From Candidatus Zhuqueibacterota bacterium (lineage in GTDB: Bacteria; Zhuqueibacterota; Zhuqueibacteria; Residuimicrobiales; Residuimicrobiaceae), in the NCBI GenBank assembly GCA_963169875.1, contig CAUJEL010000172.1, positions 22,460 through 86,459 of the forward strand: a stretch of DNA of 64,000 nucleotides, given 5' to 3'. Below the pieces are notes generated by a model. The model was not told the origin of the DNA, made no database searches, and was given only the letters and a program-made list of their open reading frames with translations. Shown here piece by piece: positions 1-8,760 of the stretch (the stretch's first letter is position 1; each line of letters starts with the position of its first letter). The position numbers and the translations under genes are program-made.

Positions 1-1
1 A

Positions 2-3000
2 GCACTACCCGAAAAGCTCAATTTCCCGGAAATCGAAAAAAAGGTCCTCCAGTACTGGCAGGAACACGACATCTTTAAGCGCAGCATCTCAGAACGCGAC
101 GAAACCAAACCCTTTGTCTTCTTCGAAGGCCCGCCCACGGCCAATGGCAAACCCGGCATCCATCACGTCATTTCACGCACCGTGAAAGATGCAGTCTGCC
201 GCCTGCGCACCATGCAGGGCTTCCGCGTCGAACGCAAAGCCGGCTGGGACACCCATGGACTCCCCGTGGAAATCGAAGTGGAGAAAAAACTCGGCCTCGA
301 CGGCAAAGACCAGGTCGTCAGTTACGGCATCGGCGAATTCAATGCGGAATGCAAAAAGAGCGTCTGGAGCTATCTGCAGGAATGGGATGAACTCACCCGC
401 CGCATCGGCTTCTGGGTCGATCTCGAACATCCCTATATCACCTACACCAACGATTATATCGAATCGGTGTGGTGGATTCTCAAGGAATTCTGGAAAAAGA
501 ATCTCATCTACCAGGGACATAAAATCCTGCCCTATTGCCCGCATTGCGAGACCCCGCTCTCCAGCCACGAAGTCTCCCAGGGCTATGAGGAAGTCAAGGA
601 TCCGTCGGTCTATGTCCGCGTCAAAATCAAGGGCCAGGAGAACACCTGGTTTCTCGTGTGGACGACCACGCCCTGGACCCTCATCTCCAATGTGGCGCTG
701 GCCTTCCACCCGGACATCGAATATGTCAAGGTGAAACATCAGGAGCAGCATCTCATCCTGGCCAAGGCGCGCCTCGAAGTCCTCGAGGGCGATTATGAGA
801 TCATCGGCGAATTCAGTGGCGAGAAACTGGCCGGCATGGAATACGAGCCAATCTATGATTTCGTCAAACCCGACAAGCACAGCCATTATACGGTGCTCGG
901 CGATTTCGTCACCACCACCGACGGCACCGGCATCGTTCACATTGCCCCGGCCTTTGGTGAAGACGACTATCAGCTTGGCTTAAAGTATGATCTCCCCGTG
1001 GTGCAGCCGGTGGACAAGAGCGGCAAATTCACTCCCGAGGTCACGCCCTGGGCTGGCCAGTTCGTCAAGAGCGCCGACAAATCCATCATCCAGGAGCTGA
1101 AAAGCCGCGGCGCGCTCTATCGCTCCGAACCGATCACGCACAGTTACCCGCACTGCTGGCGCTGCAAGTCGCCGCTGCTCTACTATGCGCGCAAATCATG
1201 GTACATCAAGACCACGGCCATCAAAGACAAACTGATCGCCAATAACAAAAAGATCAACTGGTACCCGAAGGAAGTCGGCGAAGGCCGGTTTGGCGAATGG
1301 CTCGAGGGCAACATCGACTGGGCGCTGTCGCGCGATCGTTTCTGGGGCACACCCCTGCCGGTGTGGCGCTGCAGCAGCTGCGATGCCATGGAATGCATCG
1401 GCAGCGTGGCGGAGCTGCGCGAAAAAGCGCTGGACAGCGTGCCCGCTGACCTCGACCTGCACAAACCACAGGTGGACGGCATTCACCTCAAATGCCCCGC
1501 CTGCGGCGGCAGCATGGAACGCTCGCCCGAGGTCATCGACTGCTGGTTCGATTCCGGCAGCATGCCCTACGCGCAGTGGCACTATCCCTTTGAAAACGTC
1601 GAAAAATTCAATCATAATTTCCCGGCGGATTTCATCTCCGAAGGCGTGGACCAGACCCGCGGCTGGTTCTACTCTTTGCTGGTCATTGGCGCGTTTCTCT
1701 TTGACCAACCCGCTTACAAGACCTGCGTGTCGCTCGAACTGATCCTCGACAAAGAGGGTCAAAAAATGTCCAAGACGCGCGGCAACGCGGTGGCTCCCTT
1801 CGATTTTCTCGACAACCAGGGCGCCGATGCCCTGCGCTGGTATCTGCTAACAGTGAGTCCGCCCTGGCTGCCGACGCGTTTTGACCCCGAGGGCGTGCGC
1901 GACGTCATCCGTAAATTTTTGGGCACGCTGGCGAATACCTATTCCTTCTTCGCCCTGTATGCCAACATCGATAAATTCGAGTACGATCCCGCTACCCGCA
2001 TCCCGGTGGCTGATCGCTCAGAACTGGACCGCTGGCTGTGCGCATCGCTCCACACGCTGTGCAAACGCGTCAATGAAAATCTCGAGCGCTATGATCTGAC
2101 CAAAGCCGCGCGCGGCATCGCCAACTTTGTCGTCGATGATTTGTCCAACTGGTATGTGCGCCGCTCGCGCCGCCGTTTCTGGAAATCGGAGATGGGGCAG
2201 GACAAGCTGGCCGCCTATCAGACGCTCTATGAATGCCTGGTCACCATCAGCCAGCTCATGGCGCCGATGGCGCCCTTTATATCTGAAAAAATTTACTGCA
2301 ATCTGACCAAAGACTTGAGCGGTGCCAGCGACAGCGTTCATTTGACGGAATATCCCCGGCCGGGTCAGGGTTTTGTAGACTATGAAAACGACGTGCTGGA
2401 AACCCGTATGGATCTGGTGCGCCGCATCGTGTTCCTGGGCCGCTCATTGCGCAATGAAGCCGGCGTCAAGGTGCGGCAGCCGCTGTCCGCGATCATCGTT
2501 CAGGCGCACGACGAGAAAAACCGTCAGCTCATCGAAAGCATGTCCGCATTGATTCTCGACGAACTCAATGTCAAATCGGTGAAATTTGTGTCTGATCAGA
2601 AAGAGCTGCTGAGCCGCCGAGCCGAGCCCATCTTTAAAAATCTCGGCCCGAAATTCGGCAAGAGCGTCAACAAAGCCGCCGATGCCATCCGCGCCTTCAA
2701 CGAAACCGACATCGACGGCCTGCTCAAAACCGGCAGCAAAAACATGGTGATCGATGGACACGAAGCGCATCTCACGCCGGATGACATCACGGTGCAGACG
2801 GAAAACAAACCGGGTCTGGTGGCATCCAGCGAAGGGGATCTCACCGTCGCACTGGACCTGACCATCAGCGAAGCCCTGCGCTTCGAGGGTCTGGCGCGCG
2901 AGTTCGTCAACCGCGTGCAGAACATGCGCAAAGACGCGGATTTCCAGGTCACCGATCGCATCGAAATCTGGCTCAAGGCTTCGGAACAACTGCAAGAGGC

Positions 3001-3136
3001 GGTAGCGCATCAAGCGGAATACGTCAAGAATGAAACACTCTGCGAAGTGATTCATCTGGGAGAGACCGGCGGGACCCACCAGAAAGAGTGGACCATCGAG
3101 GACCAGAATCTGTCCATTGGTATTGCGAAAAAATAA
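2..3136 (+). CDS. ileS: Isoleucine--tRNA ligase (type 2; no C-terminal Zn-finger). The 5' end lies outside the window.
   Basis: The reading frame is open from base 2 (ALPEKLNFPEIEKKVLQYWQEHDIF...FFEGPPTANGKPGIHH, a HIGH-type motif) and is continuous with the 984-aa track ORF. It carries the KMSKS motif 'KMSKTRGN'. Total length is about 1045 aa, and the C-terminus has no Cys cluster. Confidence 0.95.
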   Translation, partial: ALPEKLNFPEIEKKVLQYWQEHDIFKRSISERDETKPFVFFEGPPTANGKPGIHHVISRTVKDAVCRLRTMQGFRVERKAGWDTHGLPVEIEVEKKLGLDGKDQVVSYGIGEFNAECKKSVWSYLQEWDELTRRIGFWVDLEHPYITYTNDYIESVWWILKEFWKKNLIYQGHKILPYCPHCETPLSSHEVSQGYEEVKDPSVYVRVKIKGQENTWFLVWTTTPWTLISNVALAFHPDIEYVKVKHQEQHLILAKARLEVLEGDYEIIGEFSGEKLAGMEYEPIYDFVKPDKHSHYTVLGDFVTTTDGTGIVHIAPAFGEDDYQLGLKYDLPVVQPVDKSGKFTPEVTPWAGQFVKSADKSIIQELKSRGALYRSEPITHSYPHCWRCKSPLLYYARKSWYIKTTAIKDKLIANNKKINWYPKEVGEGRFGEWLEGNIDWALSRDRFWGTPLPVWRCSSCDAMECIGSVAELREKALDSVPADLDLHKPQVDGIHLKCPACGGSMERSPEVIDCWFDSGSMPYAQWHYPFENVEKFNHNFPADFISEGVDQTRGWFYSLLVIGAFLFDQPAYKTCVSLELILDKEGQKMSKTRGNAVAPFDFLDNQGADALRWYLLTVSPPWLPTRFDPEGVRDVIRKFLGTLANTYSFFALYANIDKFEYDPATRIPVADRSELDRWLCASLHTLCKRVNENLERYDLTKAARGIANFVVDDLSNWYVRRSRRRFWKSEMGQDKLAAYQTLYECLVTISQLMAPMAPFISEKIYCNLTKDLSGASDSVHLTEYPRPGQGFVDYENDVLETRMDLVRRIVFLGRSLRNEAGVKVRQPLSAIIVQAHDEKNRQLIESMSALILDELNVKSVKFVSDQKELLSRRAEPIFKNLGPKFGKSVNKAADAIRAFNETDIDGLLKTGSKNMVIDGHEAHLTPDDITVQTENKPGLVASSEGDLTVALDLTISEALRFEGLAREFVNRVQNMRKDADFQVTDRIEIWLKASEQLQEAVAHQAEYVKNETLCEVIHLGETGGTHQKEWTIEDQNLSIGIAKK

Positions 3137-3165
3137 TAGTAGTATTGTCCATACGGAGGAAACAA

Positions 3166-3542
3166 TGAATCCGCAACAGCTGGAACATTTCAAAAAAATT
3201 ATCATGGAAAAACGTGAACGGCTCTTGAAAGAGCTGGATCATCTCAAATCGAGCGGTCTGAACACCTCGATGAAAGATACATCCGGCGATCACTCGGCCT
3301 ACTCGTTTCATATGGCGGACCAGGGCACGGACACCATGGATCGCGAACAGCAATACTTTTTCGCTTCGCGCGAGGGCAACCTGCTCTATCACCTCAACCT
3401 CGCCCTGGAACGAATTGAAAAAGGCGAATATGGCATCTGCGTGCAATGCAGCAAGGAGATCAATCACGAACGGCTTGAGGCGGTTCCCCATGCCCGGCTC
3501 TGCATCGAGTGCAAATCCAAAGAGGAGCAGCTCAAGAGATAA
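3166..3542 (+). CDS. DksA/TraR-family C4 zinc-finger protein
   Basis: The C-terminal four-Cys finger reads CVQCSKEI...CIEC. A GGAGGA RBS sits 5 nt upstream of ATG 3166. The longer track ORF from 3117 overlaps the ileS 3' end and is less likely. Confidence 0.75.
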
Positions 3543-4109
3543 ATGTTGAAATCATATAAAATATTATGGATTGCTTTGCTCGTCTTTCTGCTTGATCAAA
3601 TCAGCAAATGGATCATAAAAGAAACCATGCAATTGCATGAATCCATCTCCGTGTTGGGGGATTTTTTCCGGCTCACTTATGTCGAAAATCCGGGCATGGC
3701 TTTTGGCATTCAAATCAGTGATAATGTGTTTTTCACGGTCTTTGCCATCATCGCCAGTCTCGTGATCCTGCTGTATCTGTTCAAATTGCAGATGGAAGAA
3801 ACCTGGGCGCGCATCGCCATGAGCATCATACTCGGCGGCGCCATCGGCAATTTAACCGACCGTATCTTCCGCGGCCAAGTCGTGGATTTCCTTGATTTTG
3901 AATTCTTTGACATCAACATCCCTGCGTTCAATCTGTTGTCCATGCATTTTTCGGGATACAGCCTCGAACGCTGGCCCATCTTCAATGTGGCGGATATCGC
4001 GGTGAGCGTGGGGATGGTCATGCTGCTGATCTATATTTTATTTCTCGAAGGCAAAAACGCGCAGCTGGCTGCCGTGGAGAGCACTGAATCTTCTGAGATG
4101 ATTCATTGA
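3543..4109 (+). CDS. lspA: Lipoprotein signal peptidase II
   Basis: This is a polytopic membrane protein with the LspA motifs 'NPGMAFGI' and 'FNVADIAVSVG'. ileS-lspA synteny is conserved. The ATG directly follows the stop of the upstream gene. Confidence 0.9.
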   Translation: MLKSYKILWIALLVFLLDQISKWIIKETMQLHESISVLGDFFRLTYVENPGMAFGIQISDNVFFTVFAIIASLVILLYLFKLQMEETWARIAMSIILGGAIGNLTDRIFRGQVVDFLDFEFFDINIPAFNLLSMHFSGYSLERWPIFNVADIAVSVGMVMLLIYILFLEGKNAQLAAVESTESSEMIH

Positions 4110-4167
4110 TTCCTCTTCGTCCAGTCCGTTTGCGATAACTAAATATTCCTGAAGGCCGGGGTTAAAA

Positions 4168-6429
4168 ATGAATACTGGTCTGAGACTGGTGATCATCGAA
4201 GAGGACATGCAGCAAGCCGAAGTGATGGCGCGTGAGTTCATGACAGCCGGCCTGCTCTCCGAATGGGTTCGCGTCAATACCGCCAAAGCCTTCACCCAGG
4301 CGCTGAACAGCAAACCCGATCTGATCATCGCCAACTATTTTCTCCCCGCCTTTGACGCGCTCAAGACACTGGCCGTTTTACAGGAAAAGCACCTCGACAT
4401 CCCCGTCATCGTCATCTCCGGAAGTCTGGACAGCGAAATCGCGGTGGCCTGCATGAAAGCGGGCGCCGCCGATGTCATCAATACCGCCCACATGTTCCGC
4501 CTCGTCGCTGCCGCCAGGGAGACCCTGGAAAAACAGGAGCTGGAACGCCGCAACCGCCGCATCGAAAAAGCGCTGAGATTCACCAAGTTCGCGGTCGACC
4601 ACGCCGCCGTCGCCATCTACTGGCTTAACCATGAAGGCCGCTTTGTCCTCGCCAACGAAGCGGCGCTGCAGCTGCTCGGCTATTCCATGAATGAACTCAG
4701 CGAGCGCGCCATCAGCGCCATCGACCCCAACATGGTCAAGGAGAAATGGGATGCCTTTCTCAAAAAAATGCGCGCCCAGCACGATGCCACCATCGAGACC
4801 CGCCTCTACAGCAAAACCGGCAAGATCATTCCGGTGGAACTGACGCTGAACTATTACCAGCTCGACAACCTCGAATATGTGCTCTGCTTCGCGCGCGACA
4901 TCAGCGACCGCCACCGCTCCGAAGATGAGAACTCGCGCCTGGCCATCGCCGTGGAACAGGCCACCGAAAGCATCATGATCACCGACATCGAGAGCAAGAT
5001 CCTCTATGTCAATCCGGCTTTTGAAAAAGTATCCGGATATGGTAAAGAGGAAGTCATTGGCCAGACGCCGCGGTTTTTGCAGAGCGGCAAACAGGACAAG
5101 GCCTTTTATCGCGAGCTTTCCACCACCATCATGAGCGGCAAGAGCTGGAGCGGCCATTTCAGCAACCGCCGCAAGGACGGATCGCTCTTCGAAGAAGAGG
5201 CGACCATCACGCCCATCAAGGACAAGAAGGGGCAGATCATAAACTTCGTCGCGGTCAAGCGCGACGTCACCCATGAAGCCGACCTCGAGAAACAGTTTTA
5301 TCACGCGCAAAAGATGGATGCCATCGGCCGCCTCGCCGGCGGAGTGGCGCACGATTTCAACAACCTGCTCACCATCATCAACGGCTACTGCGAACTGATG
5401 ATGAAATCGATCAAACCGAGCGATCCGCTGCTGGGCCACGTGCAGCAGATCATCAAGGCGGTCAAGCGCGCCTCGACCCACACCAAGCAGCTCCTCGCCT
5501 TCAGCCGCCGCCAACCCATGGAACAAAAGGTGCTGGACCTCAACGCGACGCTGATGGATATGGTCAGCGTCCTCAAGCGCCTGGTGACCGAGAACATCGA
5601 GTTGATCACCCATTTTAAGGAAAACATCGGCAACATCAAGGCCGATCCGGCCGAAGTGGAACAGATCATCGTCAATCTGGTGGTCAACGCCCGCGACGCC
5701 ATGCCCAGGGGCGGCAAGCTGGTGATCGAGACTTCGGCGGTCTCCATCGATGAAAAGTATTGCAAGAACCATATCGACGCCAAACCGGGGAAATATGTGC
5801 TGCTGACCCTGCAGGACACGGGCATTGGCATGAGCGAGGAAGTCAAGTCGCGCATTTTTGAGCCCTTTTACACCACCAAGGATCATGGCACCGGGCTGGG
5901 GTTGTCGACGGTTTTCGGCATTGTGCGCCAGAGCAAGGGGCACATGGAGTGTTACAGCGAAGAGGGCAAGGGCACACTGTTCAAAGTCTTCTTGCCGCAG
6001 GTGACCGAGGCGGCCGAAGAGGTGGATATGCGCACGGTGTACGATGCGCTGCCGCGCGGCGAGGAGACTATCCTGCTGGTTGAGGACGAAGAAGATGTGC
6101 GGGTCTTGACATCGCGCATGCTGCAGATACAGGGATACCAGGTGATCGAAGCGGCCCTGGCGGGGGAGGCGATCATCGCTGTGGAGCGCAACACAAACGG
6201 GATTGATTTGCTGCTGACCGATGTGGTGATGCCGCAGATGGGCGGGGCGGAACTGGCGGAGCGCTTGCGCAAGGCCAACCCCAAGTTGAAAGTTTTGTAC
6301 ATGTCCGGGTATGCCAATGATGTGTTGATGGCGCAGGGCAATGTGGACGGCGACTCGGCGGCGTTCATCGCCAAGCCCTTCACGCTGGAGAGCATCACGC
6401 GCAAGGTGCGCGAAGTGCTGGATGAATAG
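4168..6429 (+). CDS. Hybrid sensor histidine kinase/response regulator (REC-PAS-PAS-HisKA-HATPase-REC)
   Basis: It has an N-terminal receiver-like domain, two PAS-like segments, the H-box 'HDFNNLLTIINGY', N, G1 and G2 boxes ('DTGIGM', 'GTGLGL'), and a C-terminal receiver with 'LLLTDVVMP'. Confidence 0.9.
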   Translation: MNTGLRLVIIEEDMQQAEVMAREFMTAGLLSEWVRVNTAKAFTQALNSKPDLIIANYFLPAFDALKTLAVLQEKHLDIPVIVISGSLDSEIAVACMKAGAADVINTAHMFRLVAAARETLEKQELERRNRRIEKALRFTKFAVDHAAVAIYWLNHEGRFVLANEAALQLLGYSMNELSERAISAIDPNMVKEKWDAFLKKMRAQHDATIETRLYSKTGKIIPVELTLNYYQLDNLEYVLCFARDISDRHRSEDENSRLAIAVEQATESIMITDIESKILYVNPAFEKVSGYGKEEVIGQTPRFLQSGKQDKAFYRELSTTIMSGKSWSGHFSNRRKDGSLFEEEATITPIKDKKGQIINFVAVKRDVTHEADLEKQFYHAQKMDAIGRLAGGVAHDFNNLLTIINGYCELMMKSIKPSDPLLGHVQQIIKAVKRASTHTKQLLAFSRRQPMEQKVLDLNATLMDMVSVLKRLVTENIELITHFKENIGNIKADPAEVEQIIVNLVVNARDAMPRGGKLVIETSAVSIDEKYCKNHIDAKPGKYVLLTLQDTGIGMSEEVKSRIFEPFYTTKDHGTGLGLSTVFGIVRQSKGHMECYSEEGKGTLFKVFLPQVTEAAEEVDMRTVYDALPRGEETILLVEDEEDVRVLTSRMLQIQGYQVIEAALAGEAIIAVERNTNGIDLLLTDVVMPQMGGAELAERLRKANPKLKVLYMSGYANDVLMAQGNVDGDSAAFIAKPFTLESITRKVREVLDE

Positions 6430-6660
6430 CCGGGTGGGCGTTAGCCCACCGTAAAGACGCAGGGTGGGCTCCACCTGGTTTTGCTGGGGCACACCTGTTT
6501 TCCCCCCTTGTCATGCTTGCAAGCATCTTGTAACGTCCGCGGCAAAATTTCGTGCATACCAGCCGCAGGGTGGGCGCCAGCCCACCAATTTGGCATTCCG
6601 TTGTCGGCCTCTCCCGATGCTGACCGACCAACACGTAGCGCTCTGGCGAGCGCTACAATT
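6430..6660. repeat. Cluster of GC-rich stem-loops (REP-like), including three copies of 'GGGTGGGC', plus a 14-bp perfect palindrome.
   Basis: Hairpin GGTGGGCgttaGCCCACC lies at about 6433-6450 and hairpin GGTGGGCgccaGCCCACC at about 6566-6583. The palindrome ATGCTTGCAAGCAT lies at about 6507-6520. Hairpin GTAGCGCTCtggcGAGCGCTAC lies at about 6636-6657, next to the tkt stop. None of these has a strong U-tract. Confidence 0.6.
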
Positions 6661-8641
6661 TCTCCGCCCGGGCCACAATATCCGCGGCCGTGAGGCCGAA
6701 ATCCACGTATACTTTCTCATAGGGCCCGGACTTGCCGAAGCGGTCAATACCCATCACCACGCCCCCGGCACCCGCATATTTGTGCCAGCCCATGGTTGTG
6801 CCCGCTTCTATGGCAATACGTTTCGTAACCGCGGCCGGCAGCACCGCCTCCTGATACGCCGCGGGCTGCGCTTCAAATAACTCCCATGATGGCATGCTCA
6901 CCACCCGCACCGACCGACCTTGCGCCTCCAGAATCTCCGCTGCCTTCATGGCGTACTCCACTTCCGAGCCGCTGGCGATCAGGATCAGCTCCGCAACAGC
7001 GCCCTTTTCCGGACGCAGCACATACGCACCCTTCACCGCCTCTGTTCGCGAATTTTCGTACAAGGGCAGATTCTGCCGCGTCAAGACCAGCGCCGTGGGG
7101 CCGGTCTTGTACGTCAGCGCCACCCGCCACGCCGCAGCCACCTCTTTGGCGTCGGCCGGACGGATCACCGTCATGTTGGGGATGCTGCGCAGCATGGCCA
7201 GCTGTTCGATGGGCTGATGCGTCGGACCGTCCTCGCCCACGCCGATGCTGTCGTGGGTGAAGACATAAATCACCCGCAATCCCATCATGGCCGCCAGACG
7301 CATCGAAGGTTTCATATAATCCGCGAACACAAAAAATCCCGACACATAGGGGATCAAGCCGCCATGCAGGGCCAGGCCGTTGGCCATGGCGGCCATGGCA
7401 TGCTCGCGCACGCCGAAATGGAGATTGGGGCCCTTCTCTCCGCCCGGCAAATAGCGGCCCCGGCCTTTCATCACCGCCTTGGTCGAGGGCGCCAGATCCG
7501 CGGAACCGCCGATCAGCTGCGGCACCTTCGCCGCCAGTAAATTCAACACTGTGCTGGAGGTTTCGCGGGAGGCTTTCTTGTCCGTCTGATTCCAGAAGGC
7601 CTCATCAAAAACCGCGTTTTCATCCAACGCACCGGAGAGCCAGGTTTGCAGCTTCTTCGCCTCTTCGGGATATTCCCTGGCATAGCCTTCGTACATCTTG
7701 TTCCATGTGGAAAAACATCCCATATTAGAAACATTGCGCTGCCGCGTGTAGTCATAAACCTCCGCAGGCACCGTGAACGGCTCGACCGCAGGCCATTGCA
7801 AAAACTTTTTCGTCTCCTCCACGCCCGCCGCGCCCAGCGGCGCGCCGTGCACTTCATGCGAGCCCTGCTTGCTCGGACAGCCATAGCCGATGATGGTGTT
7901 GACCTTGATCAAGGTAGGCTGCTGCAGATTCTTCTTCGCCTGCAGCACCGCGGCCTCGACCGCGGCCATGTCATTGCCGTCCGCCACTTCGAGCGTCTGC
8001 CAGCCATAGGCCTCAAAACGCTTGCGCACATCTTCGGTGAAAGTGATTTTGGTGCTGCCCTCGATGGTGATCTGATTGGAATCGTAAAGCACAATCAATT
8101 TGCCCAGCCCCAACGCACCCGCGATGGAGGCGGCCTCGGAAGTGATGCCCTCCATCATGCAGCCGTCACCGGCGATCACATACGTGTAATGATCGAATAT
8201 AGGATATTTTTCTTTGTTGAAAACGGAGGCCAGATAATCCTCGGCCAGCGCCATGCCCACCGCGGTGGCAAACCCCTGGCCCAGCGGCCCCGTGGTGGTC
8301 TCCACGCCCGGGGTGTGGCCGTACTCGGGATGGCCCGGCGTCCGGGAATCGAGTTGACGAAACTGCTTGAGATCCTCCATGGTCACACCATAGTCGAACA
8401 AATGCAGCAAACTGTAAAGCAGCATGGAGCCGTGACCGGCGGAAAGCACAAAACGGTCCCGGTCCAGCCAATCGGGTCGTTGCGGATTGTGTTTCATGAT
8501 TTTGGACCACAGCACAAAAGCGGAAGGCGCCATGCCCATGGGCAGGCCCGGGTGGCCGGAATTGGCCTTCTGAATCGCCTCAACCGATATTATTCTTATC
8601 GCATTCACGCACAGCTGTTCAATATGCATTGCTCTCTCCAA
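6653..8641 (-). CDS. tkt: Transketolase
   Basis: The 662-aa product carries the TPP-binding 'GHPG' motif and 'GDGCMMEGI'. The N-terminus reads MHIEQLCVNAIR. Confidence 0.95.
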   Translation of the reverse strand: MERAMHIEQLCVNAIRIISVEAIQKANSGHPGLPMGMAPSAFVLWSKIMKHNPQRPDWLDRDRFVLSAGHGSMLLYSLLHLFDYGVTMEDLKQFRQLDSRTPGHPEYGHTPGVETTTGPLGQGFATAVGMALAEDYLASVFNKEKYPIFDHYTYVIAGDGCMMEGITSEAASIAGALGLGKLIVLYDSNQITIEGSTKITFTEDVRKRFEAYGWQTLEVADGNDMAAVEAAVLQAKKNLQQPTLIKVNTIIGYGCPSKQGSHEVHGAPLGAAGVEETKKFLQWPAVEPFTVPAEVYDYTRQRNVSNMGCFSTWNKMYEGYAREYPEEAKKLQTWLSGALDENAVFDEAFWNQTDKKASRETSSTVLNLLAAKVPQLIGGSADLAPSTKAVMKGRGRYLPGGEKGPNLHFGVREHAMAAMANGLALHGGLIPYVSGFFVFADYMKPSMRLAAMMGLRVIYVFTHDSIGVGEDGPTHQPIEQLAMLRSIPNMTVIRPADAKEVAAAWRVALTYKTGPTALVLTRQNLPLYENSRTEAVKGAYVLRPEKGAVAELILIASGSEVEYAMKAAEILEAQGRSVRVVSMPSWELFEAQPAAYQEAVLPAAVTKRIAIEAGTTMGWHKYAGAGGVVMGIDRFGKSGPYEKVYVDFGLTAADIVARAEKL

Positions 8642-8715
8642 AGTTCGCGTTGATTAAATCGTTTCAATTTTTTAATAATATAATACACATGCCTGATAAA
8701 TTCAATGGATTTATC

Positions 8716-8746
8716 AAAAAAAAACCTGGCTGGTCACCAGGTTTTT
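8716..8746 (-). terminator. Rho-independent terminator, bidirectional in form, downstream of the C25 peptidase gene.
   Basis: The sequence reads AAAAAAAAACCTGGctggtcaCCAGGTTTTT. A stem is flanked by an A-run and a T-run, so the minus strand reads hairpin plus T9. Confidence 0.7.
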
Positions 8747-8760
8747 CAAGTTTAGCCCTG

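Noticed and set aside
3117-3165. A longer start, at 3117, for the DksA-like gene.
   Set aside because: It would overlap the ileS 3' end and lacks an RBS. ATG 3166 has a GGAGGA RBS at ideal spacing.
4378-6492. A 704-aa ORF on the minus strand antisense to the hybrid kinase.
   Set aside because: This is a classic high-GC shadow ORF. The plus-strand frame has unmistakable REC, PAS, HisKA and HATPase motifs. The antisense product is low-complexity (rich in Arg, Leu, Gly and Asp) and has no motifs.
7646-8653. A 335-aa plus-strand ORF, and others of 114-206 aa, inside tkt.
   Set aside because: They are antisense to a clear transketolase. Their composition is rich in Arg, His, Gln, Leu and Gly and is typical of shadow frames.
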